Positions 25,726-34,917 of a stretch of DNA of 34,917 nt are shown piece after piece. The stretch covers positions 1 to 34,917 of the forward strand of contig QNEE01000005.1 in the NCBI GenBank assembly GCA_003645085.1, given 5' to 3'. The notes beneath the pieces were generated by a model, which saw nothing but the letters and a program-made list of their open reading frames with translations, did no database searches and was not told the DNA's origin. This DNA comes from a bacterium (GTDB taxonomy: Bacteria; UBP14; UBA6098). A program made the position numbers and the translations under genes. Each line of letters starts with the position of its first letter. Within the stretch, counting starts at the first letter, position 1.

Positions 25726-28098
25726 ATGAAAATTCCGTTAAAATGGCTACTCGAACTTTGCCCTGTCGATGACGACGCCGAGAAAATCGCGCGCCTTTTA
25801 ACGCTTAGCGGCACCGAGGTCGAGGATATTATCGATTTCTCCGGTAGTTTTTCCGGTATAGTCGTCGGCGAGGTTATCGAAGTTAGACCCGATGACCCGA
25901 CGCCGGGAATGTCCCGCTGCACGGTCGATTTCGGCGGCGGCGAAACGGCGCAGGTTCTTTCGCGGGCGCCCAATATAAAAACCGGGTCGCTGTATCCGTT
26001 TGCGCCGGCAGGGGCGAGACTTTTCGGCGGAAAAGAAATCAGAATCGTAGAATTCGAGGGGGTCAAATCGGAGGGAATGCTCTGCTCCGGAGTCGAGATA
26101 GGTCTCGGCGAGCCGAAGGACAGACTTCTTGAAATCCCAGCAGGAACAAAAGTCGGCGCGGACGTTCTAAAACTCCTCCGCTGGGACGACGTCGTTTTCG
26201 AAATGGAGGTTACGCCGAACCGTCCAGATTGCTATGGTGTTTTGGGTCTCGCGCGCGAACTTTCGGCGCTGACACAGGTTCCTATCACCGACGAACACCA
26301 CATACCGGTCGAGACAGGTGCACAGGCCGCAGAATTTATAAGTATCGAACTTAAAGATACCGTCGGTTGCCCGAGATACACCGCGCGGATAATCGAGAAT
26401 ATCGAAGTCGGGCATTCGCCGCTGCGTATTATTGGAAGACTTGCGGCGTCGGGGATAAGGCCGATAAACAACGTCGTCGATGCGACGAACTATGTGCTGC
26501 TTCTTCTCTCACATCCCCTCCATGCGTTCGATTACGATAAACTTAAATCGAAAAAGATAGTGGTTCGTTCGGCGAAAAAAGGCGAGAAATTTGTTACTCT
26601 CGACAACGAGGAACGAACGCTCGACGAGGGTCATCTGTTGATAGCCACACCGGACCGCGCGGTTGCAATAGCGGGCGTTATGGGCGGACTCGATAGCGAG
26701 GTCGACGAGAATACCACCCGTATCCTGCTCGAGTCAGCATATTTCGACCCTCGTAGAATTCGGAGGACATCGCGGCATCTCGGGCTTGTTAGCGAAAGCT
26801 CCATAAGATTCGAACGGGGTGTCGACCCGAACGGCGCGGCGCGCGCCAGCGACGAATGCGCATCCCTTATCGCTTTCACCGCCGGCGGCGAGGTCAGAAA
26901 GGGAATGGTCGATGCCTACCCGAAACCGATAGAACCTTTGACTGTCGAGCTGTCGGAAAAGAAGGTCGAAGCAACCATTGGAATAAAGATACCGGAAAAA
27001 ACATACTCGAAATACCTCGAAGCGCTAGGTATAAAAAAGCTCCAGAAAGGCCGCTGGCAAGTGCCAACATATAGACCGGATATTACCAGAGAAATAGACC
27101 TTGTCGAAGAAGTCGGGCGGCTCGATTGCTACGATAGGTTAAAACCGGTTCTCCGGGGCGGAGGTCCGATACCGGCGCGGCTTCCAGACGAGGTCAAACT
27201 AGAACGCAAACTCGCCCGGATTCTACCCGGACTCGGTTTTACAGAAGTTATGTGCGACTCTCTCGGCAAAAAAAGGGATTTCGAGCCGTTTATCGAAAAA
27301 GGCATCAGCGAGATAGCCAACCCGATTTCGGATGATTACCGATATCTCAGACCCTCGATACTACCGGGGCTGCTTAAAGTGGCGTCCTATAATCTAAATC
27401 GCGGTGCGGAATCGGTGCGTATTTACGAATACGACAAGGTTCATTGGCCGGAGAAAGGCGAGCAGTCCGAGCGGTATTCCCTCGGCGTCCTGATGGCCGG
27501 ATTGAAAGAACCTGTCGGATGGGACAAAGGCGAAATTCGCGTGGATATATTCGACTTCAGAGGAGTAGTCGAAGCGGTTCTCGACTCGCTCGGGGTCGAG
27601 TATTTAATAGAACCCGACACGGGAAAACTATTCGCGGATAACGTATCGTTGGCGATAAAATCCCCGAATGGTAAAGTCCTGGGCAGGTTCGGCCAAATCG
27701 AGCTTCGAATAGCCGAGATTTTCGATATCGAAATCTCCGTATTCGGTCTCGAGATGCCCGCAGAATCACTTCTAAAGGCGGTTAAGCGGATACCTCAATT
27801 CGGCGGGATACCGAAATTCCCATCGACACGGCGCGATGTCGCTCTGATTGTCGAATCCGAAATACCTGCAGGGGAAATACTGAAAATCGCCAGAGCGCAT
27901 TGCTCCGATAAACTCGAAAAGGTTTTCATATTCGACATTTACGAGGGCGCCCCTATACCGGAAGGCAAAAAATCGGTCGGTTTGGCCAGTATTTTCCGCG
28001 ACCCGGAGAAGACTATCACCGACGAGGAGGCGAGTGAATTACACGAAAAGATGGTCGAAGCGCTTGCGAAGAAATTTAAGGCGGAGATAAGAGAATAG
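25726..28098 (+). CDS. pheT: Phenylalanine--tRNA ligase beta subunit
   Basis: 790 aa; N-terminal MKIPLKWLLELCPV tRNA-binding domain, B3/B4, B5 and FDX-ACB C-terminal region; AAGAGG SD. Confidence 0.9.
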   Translation: MKIPLKWLLELCPVDDDAEKIARLLTLSGTEVEDIIDFSGSFSGIVVGEVIEVRPDDPTPGMSRCTVDFGGGETAQVLSRAPNIKTGSLYPFAPAGARLFGGKEIRIVEFEGVKSEGMLCSGVEIGLGEPKDRLLEIPAGTKVGADVLKLLRWDDVVFEMEVTPNRPDCYGVLGLARELSALTQVPITDEHHIPVETGAQAAEFISIELKDTVGCPRYTARIIENIEVGHSPLRIIGRLAASGIRPINNVVDATNYVLLLLSHPLHAFDYDKLKSKKIVVRSAKKGEKFVTLDNEERTLDEGHLLIATPDRAVAIAGVMGGLDSEVDENTTRILLESAYFDPRRIRRTSRHLGLVSESSIRFERGVDPNGAARASDECASLIAFTAGGEVRKGMVDAYPKPIEPLTVELSEKKVEATIGIKIPEKTYSKYLEALGIKKLQKGRWQVPTYRPDITREIDLVEEVGRLDCYDRLKPVLRGGGPIPARLPDEVKLERKLARILPGLGFTEVMCDSLGKKRDFEPFIEKGISEIANPISDDYRYLRPSILPGLLKVASYNLNRGAESVRIYEYDKVHWPEKGEQSERYSLGVLMAGLKEPVGWDKGEIRVDIFDFRGVVEAVLDSLGVEYLIEPDTGKLFADNVSLAIKSPNGKVLGRFGQIELRIAEIFDIEISVFGLEMPAESLLKAVKRIPQFGGIPKFPSTRRDVALIVESEIPAGEILKIARAHCSDKLEKVFIFDIYEGAPIPEGKKSVGLASIFRDPEKTITDEEASELHEKMVEALAKKFKAEIRE

Positions 28099-28257
28099 GA
28101 GATAACCGACAAACAAAAGATACACTCGCGGGTCTTGTTGGCCAATACGACGACAAAGGTAATGCGCTCGGGCATAACGGAGCAAAAAATCGACGCCATG
28201 GTTTATGCTTTCTACGGCCTGACGGAAGAGAAAATTGCGATAGTAAAGATGGAATGA
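28099..28257 (+). pseudogene. In-frame post-stop extension of pheT encoding a C-terminal tail motif reminiscent of N6-adenine DNA methyltransferase / type IIG R-M proteins (...KIDAMVYAFYGLTEEKIAIVKME)
   Basis: Same frame as pheT immediately after its TAG stop and open for 52 codons; motif recalled from memory, not searched. Confidence 0.25.
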
Positions 28258-28396
28258 TTGATATAAAATAAATGCTCTCTTCGACTCCGCTCAGGGGTCG
28301 AAAAGGATTACCGGACATCGAGCGGAGCCGAGACGATATTTCGACATTCATTTTGGCTTTAAGCTCTATCATTTAATATTATAAAGAAAGGTTATT

Positions 28397-29314
28397 ATGT
28401 CTCTCCTCATAGTCGGTTCTGTAGCTTTGGACAGCGTGGCAACGCCGAAAGGCACGGTCGCAGATGCACTCGGCGGCAGCGCGACGTATTTTTCGCTCGC
28501 AGCGCGGCTTTTCGCACCGGAGGTCAATGTCGTTGCCGTCGTCGGCGAGGATTTCCCGCAATATCATACCGAAATGCTCCTTGCTCGGGGGATTAATATC
28601 GACGGTTTGACCGTTAAAAAAGGCAAAACCTTCCGTTGGACAGGGCGCTACGACGAGGATTTCGGCGACCCGGAGACGCTCGACACACAGCTTAACGTCT
28701 TCGAGGAATTCGCGCCGGAACTGCCAGAACACTATTGCGGAAGCAGTTTCGTTTTCCTCGGTAATATCGACCCCGCGCTGCAACGGCAGGTTGTAACTCA
28801 GATTAAATCTCCGAAACTCGTCGCCGCCGATACGATGAATTTCTGGATAGAGGGCAAACCGGACGAACTTAAAGCGCTTCTGGCCGAAATCGATTTACTT
28901 ATTATAAATTCGCTCGAAGTCGGCATGCTATCCTGCGAGAAAAACCTTCTGTGCGGAGCACGCAAGATTCTCGAAATGGGCCCGAAAGCCCTGGTCGTGA
29001 AGCGCGGGGAGTTCGGTTCTCTCATGGTTACCGCCGACGATATTTTCCTTCTGCCCGCTTATCCGATAGAGGAGGTTATCGACCCAACGGGCGCGGGAGA
29101 CAGTTTCGCTGGCGGTTTCATGGGATATCTGGCGTTACGTGGAGAAGTAAATTTTGCCGAACTGAAGCGCGCTATTGTCGCCGGAACCGTTATAGGGAGC
29201 TTTGACGTCGAAGGATTCGGCGTCGAGAGGCTGTCCTCGATAACGAAAGAGGACGTGCGCAAGCGGATGCAGCATTTCCGCGAAATAACCGAATTTAGTA
29301 TTCCGGAGTTTTAG
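28397..29314 (+). CDS. PfkB-family carbohydrate/nucleoside kinase
   Basis: Ribokinase-like fold with C-terminal DPTGAGDSFAGGF anion-hole motif. Confidence 0.7.
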   Translation: MSLLIVGSVALDSVATPKGTVADALGGSATYFSLAARLFAPEVNVVAVVGEDFPQYHTEMLLARGINIDGLTVKKGKTFRWTGRYDEDFGDPETLDTQLNVFEEFAPELPEHYCGSSFVFLGNIDPALQRQVVTQIKSPKLVAADTMNFWIEGKPDELKALLAEIDLLIINSLEVGMLSCEKNLLCGARKILEMGPKALVVKRGEFGSLMVTADDIFLLPAYPIEEVIDPTGAGDSFAGGFMGYLALRGEVNFAELKRAIVAGTVIGSFDVEGFGVERLSSITKEDVRKRMQHFREITEFSIPEF

Positions 29315-30261
29315 TGATGTCTGAATCGAAATTTATATTAAACCCATCGGTGGATTTCGCCGTTATTATCGACGGTTTTCTCGACTGGATTATAATCGAA
29401 CGCGGACTTTCGACGAACACTGTCGAGGCTTACGTCCGCGACCTCCGCGATTTCGCCGAATACGCCGAAAAAAAGGAATTGACCGGAATCGAGGAGGTTA
29501 CACCCGGTATAATCGCCGGTTATCTTCGCAATTTGACGGATATCGGTCTTTCCACCCGCACGGTAACGCGTAAGATGAGTAGTATTCGAGGCTTGTTCAG
29601 ATACATGCTTCAAGAGGGCATTCTCGACAGTGACCCCGCTGAAGGCCTCGAATTGCCGAAACTTCCGCAACCGCTGCCGGATATTATCAGTGTGGAGCAG
29701 GTCGAGGCTATACTTAACGCGGTAGATTTAACACACCCGCGCGGACTGGGTATACGCGACCGGGCGATTATCGAAACCCTTTACGGCACCGGTGCACGGG
29801 AATCGGAACTTTTACGTATGGAAACCGGCGATGTTTTCGATGATATTGGATTCGTGCGCCTATTCGGCAAGGGTAAAAAGGAGCGACTCGTTCCGATAAA
29901 CGATTCTGCACTCCACTGGATTGGCCGCTACCGCCGCGACGTGCGCCCCGGTTTGATGCGCGATAAACGCACACCGGTATTGTTCCTAAACGCAAGAGGC
30001 GGAAAACTCAGCAGGATGGGACTTTATAAGATTGTGAACCGCTGGTGCGAAGCCGCCGGCCTATCCGATGTCCACCCGCATACCTTCAGGCACGCTTTCG
30101 CAACACACCTTATCGAGGGCGGAGCGGACCTCCGCGCGGTTCAGGAGATGCTCGGCCACGCGGACATAAGCACCACGCAGGTTTACACGAACGTTAGCCG
30201 CGGGTATCTTCACGAGGTCTACCGTAAATACCACCCGAGAGGCTCTGACAAAGAAAAGTGA
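29314..30261 (+). CDS. xerD: Tyrosine site-specific recombinase, XerD-like
   Basis: SAM-like N-terminal domain plus catalytic R...HxxR...Y region (HTFRHAFATHLIEGGADLRAVQEMLGHADISTTQVYTNV); start overlaps the PfkB stop. Confidence 0.7.
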   Translation: MMSESKFILNPSVDFAVIIDGFLDWIIIERGLSTNTVEAYVRDLRDFAEYAEKKELTGIEEVTPGIIAGYLRNLTDIGLSTRTVTRKMSSIRGLFRYMLQEGILDSDPAEGLELPKLPQPLPDIISVEQVEAILNAVDLTHPRGLGIRDRAIIETLYGTGARESELLRMETGDVFDDIGFVRLFGKGKKERLVPINDSALHWIGRYRRDVRPGLMRDKRTPVLFLNARGGKLSRMGLYKIVNRWCEAAGLSDVHPHTFRHAFATHLIEGGADLRAVQEMLGHADISTTQVYTNVSRGYLHEVYRKYHPRGSDKEK

Positions 30262-31466
30262 GGAAAATAATAATTATATTGGTTTTTTCGGTTCTGGCGT
30301 CGGCGCAAACCCCCGTCGATATAAACCTTGGAAAACCCGTTTTCGAAAAAAGCGTAGGCTTTTTCCCGAGCGAAAACAGGCCAAACACCGATATCGAGGT
30401 CTATCTTTCCATACCTTTTGGAGGGTTGCAATTCGTTCGCACCACCGATTTTTATACCGCGAGTTTCACGGTTTTGGTGGTGCTTTTCAAAGGCAAAGAG
30501 CTTATCACAAAAGTTGAACGAGTCGACACAGTATCCGTTTCGACGTTCGCCGAAACCGGCTCGCCGGTTGCGACTCGACCGAGACCGTTCATTTTAGCCG
30601 ATGTCCCCGGCGGCGAATATTCGCTTCAAATTTCGACCAGAGACCGTGAATCCGGGGCGGAATATTCGGAAAAGACCAAAATAACCGTGCCGGCTTTCCC
30701 GGACGATAACAAACCTTATTTTAGTTCGGTAGTTCTTCTTTATGGTGAGCCGCTATCGCCGTGTATTAAGAGCTACTATCCGGCCTCGGAAAGTCTTTTC
30801 TATAAACTGGAGGTTTTATCTCCGGAAAGCCTCTGCGGTGATGCAATCAGGGGTATCAAAAACGAAAATGAAGTGTTTATCGCAGATACCGTCGTTATTC
30901 AGGCATCAGGCGGGATTATCGACCTGAGCGGTAGTTTCGTTTTTCCGGAAAATGCACGAGAATTAGTTCTATTCGCAAAGGTCCGTTGTAACGGAAAAAT
31001 TGTTGCGGAAACCGAAAAAAAACTTATAATATCTGCTGGAGACTATTTTCTGACCGCGGCGACGCCAAAGGAGGCTATCGACCAGCTTGGACTAATAGGA
31101 ACCGATAGGGAGATTAGGGAACTCGAGGACGCTTTCGAGACCGAACCGGAGAAACTCGGCAGTTTGATCGACTCGTTCTGGAAATCGCGCGACCCGACAC
31201 CTTCGACCGAGACGAACGAGGTCAAAGAGGAATTCTACAGACGGTTAGCCATAGCTAACGAAAGATTCGAGGGCATAACCGAAGGATGGCGAACAGACCG
31301 CGGGAAAATATATATTATTTACGGCGAACCGGACGAGATAGACCGCCATCCGTTCGACCTCGGATACAGGGCTTACGAGGTCTGGTATTATTTCAACCCG
31401 CGCAGAACGTTTTATTTCGAGGACCGAATCGGTGACGGCACCTACGAGCTTATCCGGCAGGAATAA
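30258..31466 (+). CDS. GWxTD-domain protein (secreted), paralog 1
   Basis: Signal peptide; C-terminal about 110 aa with FWKSRDPTP ... GWRTDRGKIYIIYGEPDEIDR ... YEVWYYFN; GTG start overlaps the xerD stop (GTGA). Confidence 0.7.
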   Translation: MRKIIIILVFSVLASAQTPVDINLGKPVFEKSVGFFPSENRPNTDIEVYLSIPFGGLQFVRTTDFYTASFTVLVVLFKGKELITKVERVDTVSVSTFAETGSPVATRPRPFILADVPGGEYSLQISTRDRESGAEYSEKTKITVPAFPDDNKPYFSSVVLLYGEPLSPCIKSYYPASESLFYKLEVLSPESLCGDAIRGIKNENEVFIADTVVIQASGGIIDLSGSFVFPENARELVLFAKVRCNGKIVAETEKKLIISAGDYFLTAATPKEAIDQLGLIGTDREIRELEDAFETEPEKLGSLIDSFWKSRDPTPSTETNEVKEEFYRRLAIANERFEGITEGWRTDRGKIYIIYGEPDEIDRHPFDLGYRAYEVWYYFNPRRTFYFEDRIGDGTYELIRQE

Positions 31467-31554
31467 TGAGAATGCGGATTACTGAATCAGCCTCCGTCCA
31501 CGCTTTCTACGGGTTTCGCAAATAGATGGAGATATTAAAATCTCGAACTAGATA

Positions 31555-33015
31555 ATGTTATTGATACGTAAAACATTGCTGCTATTCTTGCTTCTCGCGC
31601 CAGCATCTTTCGGCGCTCTAGAAGATGTAGCCCTGGACGTAAATACTAGGGCGCGTTTCTATCCCGTTACGGATTCGATAGCCGCGACTCCCGAGTCGAA
31701 AACGGCCGCAACCAGCATCGCAGAGGTCGTATGGTCGGTCAACCGGGGTGCGCTGGCTTTTAAGCGCGACGGCGATTTCTGGCACGATACGCTCCGATTT
31801 GAATTTACAGTATCCGATAGCGCAGAAGAGATAAATAGGGATACCCTGATTCGAATTGTCGAAATACCCCGTGGACAGATGGTTTCCGAAAAATACTTGC
31901 TCTTCGATAAAATAGTGTTCGATTGCCAACCGGGTAATTATAATATTACGATGACGGTATGGGATTTGGGAGACGGCGATTCTATGAAAGTGGAGAAAGA
32001 TTTTCAGGTGCGTCTACCGGCGACCGGTCTATCGATTTCTGATATTTTCTTATTGAGCGATATATCGAAGGATACTACTTCCAGCGACATTTTTACTATT
32101 AATGGTTACAGGATGTTGCCGAATCCATCGAGAGAATACGGCGCTTCTCTACCGACTCTATATTACTATGTTGAATTCTATTATCCGGAATACTTTAATT
32201 ACGATGTCGGACGGCCTGCAGAAGGTTTTAACAGCCGCGCAGATACAGCAGACTGCGTTTTGAGCAAATGGGTAATTCGCGAAATGACGGGAGAATTAAT
32301 TGGGGAATCCGAGGCGGAAACCATCGAAGTCGAGAGCGCCGAGATGTATATTATTAACGGTTTGAATATTGTATCTCTCCCGGATGGTGAATACGAGCTT
32401 ATTTTAACCGCTACCGACCCGGTTAACGAAACAAACGTTTCGAGTTCGAGGGAATTCGCTGTTCGGTGGCCTTCGCGAGAGGAAATCACACGAAAACAGC
32501 TTGCCGGTGCAGCTCTCGAACAGGAATATAACTATGTAGCGTATCTCCTAAATACGTCGGAGAAGGCTTTTTATAAGAAATTGACCGACGACGGTAAAAG
32601 CGAGTTTCTGATTCGCTGGTGGGAAAAGCACGACCCAACACCGAACACACCAGAAAATGAATACCGCGACGAAATAATCGAGCGGTGGCTTATATCGAAC
32701 GCAGCATTTGGACACGGAGATGGAAAAGGCGAGTCGGGGTGGCGAACGGACCGCGGTCGGGTTTATATTATTTACGGTCCGCCGGATAATATCGAGCGCG
32801 CTCCCATGTCGATGGATAGTAATCCTTGGGAACAGTGGGATTATTTCAATTTACAGGGAGGTGTTATTTTTGTATTCGCCGACGTTCTCGGAATAGGCGA
32901 TTATAGATTATTACATTCCACCGCGTCTGGAGAGATTTCCGACCCAAGCTGGGGAGATAAAATTTTACGCCGCCACGAACCGACCGATCTGCCCGGAGGG
33001 TCATTTAACGAGTAG
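31555..33015 (+). CDS. GWxTD-domain protein (secreted), paralog 2
   Basis: Signal peptide; C-terminal WWEKHDPTP ... GWRTDRGRVYIIYGPPDNIER ... WEQWDYFN aligns with paralog 1; the N-terminal beta-sandwich-like repeats end in PDGEYELILTATD, compare PGGEYSLQISTRD in paralog 1. Confidence 0.7.
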   Translation: MLLIRKTLLLFLLLAPASFGALEDVALDVNTRARFYPVTDSIAATPESKTAATSIAEVVWSVNRGALAFKRDGDFWHDTLRFEFTVSDSAEEINRDTLIRIVEIPRGQMVSEKYLLFDKIVFDCQPGNYNITMTVWDLGDGDSMKVEKDFQVRLPATGLSISDIFLLSDISKDTTSSDIFTINGYRMLPNPSREYGASLPTLYYYVEFYYPEYFNYDVGRPAEGFNSRADTADCVLSKWVIREMTGELIGESEAETIEVESAEMYIINGLNIVSLPDGEYELILTATDPVNETNVSSSREFAVRWPSREEITRKQLAGAALEQEYNYVAYLLNTSEKAFYKKLTDDGKSEFLIRWWEKHDPTPNTPENEYRDEIIERWLISNAAFGHGDGKGESGWRTDRGRVYIIYGPPDNIERAPMSMDSNPWEQWDYFNLQGGVIFVFADVLGIGDYRLLHSTASGEISDPSWGDKILRRHEPTDLPGGSFNE

Positions 33016-33022
33016 GTGAACT

Positions 33023-34798
33023 ATGAATCCACAAGAAATCATCGACAAATACGAACCGATTTTAGCGGAGGACCCCGGAAATCCTTATTTTGCCAGAGTT
33101 GGGGACGCTTACCTTACAATGGGAAATATCCGGAAAGCTTTAACGGTATTGACCGAAGGGGTTAAAGCAAATCCTAAATATACTACAGGGCAGCAGCTGC
33201 TTGCAAAAACACTTATCGAGGCCGGCTATCTTCCACAGGCCAAAGAACGATATAATATAGTTCTTCGAATAGACCCTGCAAATATCGCTGCGTTGTGGAA
33301 TATCGCCGAGATTGAATTTAAGCAGGGTAATCTCGAAGCTGGCGTGGAAGTTCTCCGCAGGCTTATTGTAACCGACCCTTCGAACGAAACCGCCCATCGC
33401 GAACTCGATAAACGGATGCGCGAATTAACCGGAGAACCGGAGCCGGTCCCTGCGCCTGTCCGCGAAACCGTCCCGACAGGTTCTCAAGAAGAGGTTGTCC
33501 CCGCGCAAGAGGAAGTCGTCTCTGAATTCGACCGGCTTTTAGAAACTGAAACCGCACCTACGAAAACACCCTCTGATATTCAGGCCCCTATCGAACCTAC
33601 TGGAAAACCGATAGAAAAGGAGTTCGAGGAGTTGTTCGAGATGGACATATCCGGCGCACAACCATTAACAACGCCAGAAATCCAGCCCTCTTCGCAACAA
33701 CCAACACCCTCTTCTCGACCGGAAGAGACTATTCCATTCACGGAAGCGACTATTCCTGAAGGCCCGTTTTTCAAAGAGGAAGGAACTCAGGAGGGCGGGA
33801 TACCGACTTTGACTCCGACGGAACCGGAGGAATCGCAAACGCCGGAACAGATGGAAGTCGAGCAGATTCAATTGGAACCGCAAAAACCCTCGAAACCAAA
33901 ACCTGAAGAAATCCAACCAACTGAAGAAAAACCTTCGTCTTTCGATGAGACCGAACTTCCTTCCTTTGCGTTGGATATCGGGCTGGAAAAGGTCGAACCA
34001 GAACCACCTGAATCGGCCGAGCCGGTGCCACCGGAAACAATCCCAACCGCAACACCGGCGGAACCTGAGCAGATATTAGAGAAGACGGTTCCATCGGAAA
34101 TCCCGTTGTCCGGGGACGCCATAGAAGAGCCTAAAACCGGTGAACTATCGCCCGAACAGGCGATTCCGTCTCCGAAACCGATATTACCGGAAGAACAACC
34201 GGACAAATTGCCGAGTTTTGCGGATTTCCAAAAACCGAAGCCGATTGTCGAAGAAAAACCAGAATCCAAAGAAGAAACTACTTCAAAATCGCAACGACCC
34301 GAGGGGTTCGATTCCTTCGAGGTTTTCGAACCTTCCAAGGAAACACCCGGCGAGGAAACACTGGAAGGCTTTACCTCGTTTGGAAAAACATCGACCGGCG
34401 GAGAAGAGGTCGAAACAGAGGATATCGAGGGTCTGGAAAAACACCGGGAATTCGAACCGCTCGAAGAAACGCTGGATATAGGGGACCTTGTTCCTATGGA
34501 CGCATCCGCTCCTTCGATATCAGAGAGCGAGGGTCCGGAACTCGGAGAAATAAGCTTCGGAAATGGGTTTAAGGACATCGAGTTACCAACCCCCGAACCT
34601 GCTGGACAGGAAGAAGAACCGGAAAAGCCGTCGATGATGACCGTTACTATGGCAGAGATATACGCCGGACAGGGGCAAATAGACAAAGCAATCTCTATCT
34701 ACGAAGCTATACTGGAGAACACCGAGGAACCCGAAAAACGCGAACGCATTACCCAAAGACTGGAACATCTCAAGGGAATTCGGAGCTCTGGTGGGTAA
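33023..34798 (+). CDS. TPR-repeat protein with about 400-aa acidic Glu/Pro/Thr-rich disordered region and C-terminal TPR-like helix
   Basis: N-terminal 130 aa with 3 TPR-like repeats, then low-complexity acidic segment. C-terminus MAEIYAGQGQIDKAISIYEAIL mirrors N-terminal GDAYLTMGNIRKALTVLTEGV. Confidence 0.7.
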   Translation: MNPQEIIDKYEPILAEDPGNPYFARVGDAYLTMGNIRKALTVLTEGVKANPKYTTGQQLLAKTLIEAGYLPQAKERYNIVLRIDPANIAALWNIAEIEFKQGNLEAGVEVLRRLIVTDPSNETAHRELDKRMRELTGEPEPVPAPVRETVPTGSQEEVVPAQEEVVSEFDRLLETETAPTKTPSDIQAPIEPTGKPIEKEFEELFEMDISGAQPLTTPEIQPSSQQPTPSSRPEETIPFTEATIPEGPFFKEEGTQEGGIPTLTPTEPEESQTPEQMEVEQIQLEPQKPSKPKPEEIQPTEEKPSSFDETELPSFALDIGLEKVEPEPPESAEPVPPETIPTATPAEPEQILEKTVPSEIPLSGDAIEEPKTGELSPEQAIPSPKPILPEEQPDKLPSFADFQKPKPIVEEKPESKEETTSKSQRPEGFDSFEVFEPSKETPGEETLEGFTSFGKTSTGGEEVETEDIEGLEKHREFEPLEETLDIGDLVPMDASAPSISESEGPELGEISFGNGFKDIELPTPEPAGQEEEPEKPSMMTVTMAEIYAGQGQIDKAISIYEAILENTEEPEKRERITQRLEHLKGIRSSGG

Positions 34799-34917
34799 TG
34801 ACGTCCGTTCCGGAAAACAAGGTTCTGGCCGCACCGTTGGCCGGCGTTTCTGATTCTGTATATCGTCGATGGGCGAGACGGTTCGGCGCCGGGATGGTTT
34901 TCACCGAGATGGTTAGC
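34798..34917 (+). CDS. tRNA-dihydrouridine synthase, N-terminus (3' end outside window)
   Basis: LAPLAGVSDSVYRRWARRFGAGMVFTEMVS matches the Dus family N-terminal FMN-binding signature; ATG overlaps the upstream TAA. Confidence 0.7.
   Translation, partial: MTSVPENKVLAAPLAGVSDSVYRRWARRFGAGMVFTEMVS

Noticed and set aside
33868-34686. 272-aa Ser/Gly-rich minus-strand ORF
   Set aside because: Antisense of the Glu/Pro-rich coding region of the TPR gene; stop-free antisense frames are expected opposite GAR-rich codons
1-34917. Search for tRNA, rRNA and CRISPR arrays
   Set aside because: No cloverleaf-compatible GTTCGA-type T-arm in an intergenic context, no rRNA-like conserved blocks, and no arrays of regularly spaced short direct repeats were seen

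Overview
This 34.9-kb window is a bacterial chromosomal segment of about 50% GC. It uses the standard genetic code: TGA, TAA and TAG all terminate well-supported genes. It probably comes from an uncultivated member of the FCB group (Bacteroidota, Ignavibacteriota or Gemmatimonadota-like). The lineage inference rests on three observations: a T9SS C-terminal sorting domain, two GWxTD-domain proteins, and an Isf-type iron-sulfur flavoprotein that hints at anaerobic physiology. Housekeeping genes are recognisable: the smc 3' end, trxA, ftsY, pheT without pheS, a xerD-like recombinase, and the dus 5' end. A thiol-redox cluster reads trxA, a TlpA-like lipoprotein, then OsmC. A 14-kb run of eleven co-directional minus-strand genes, most with short overlaps, spans 8527-22604. 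It reads PAS/GAF histidine kinase, receiver, ArnT-like GT, GtrA, TamB, TamA, Mut7-C RNase, endonuclease V, DUF4097, Isf flavoprotein, M24 peptidase. Most of the unexplained structure sits in the gaps between these genes and is listed in the findings; several gaps show gene-decay signatures. The most interesting signals fall into three groups. First, a dispersed 105-bp repeat carries a hairpin with compensatory base changes. Second, IS5-family fragment copies plus a perfect 27-bp direct repeat bracket a T9SS cargo gene. Third, a xerD-coupled module of two tandem GWxTD paralogs and a TPR protein with a roughly 400-aa acidic disordered region has no assignable function. Two gene stubs flank pheT, and a small lipoprotein gene is interrupted by an in-frame TGA. 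No tRNA, rRNA or CRISPR array was found. All functional calls come from motif recognition by eye; none was confirmed by a database search.
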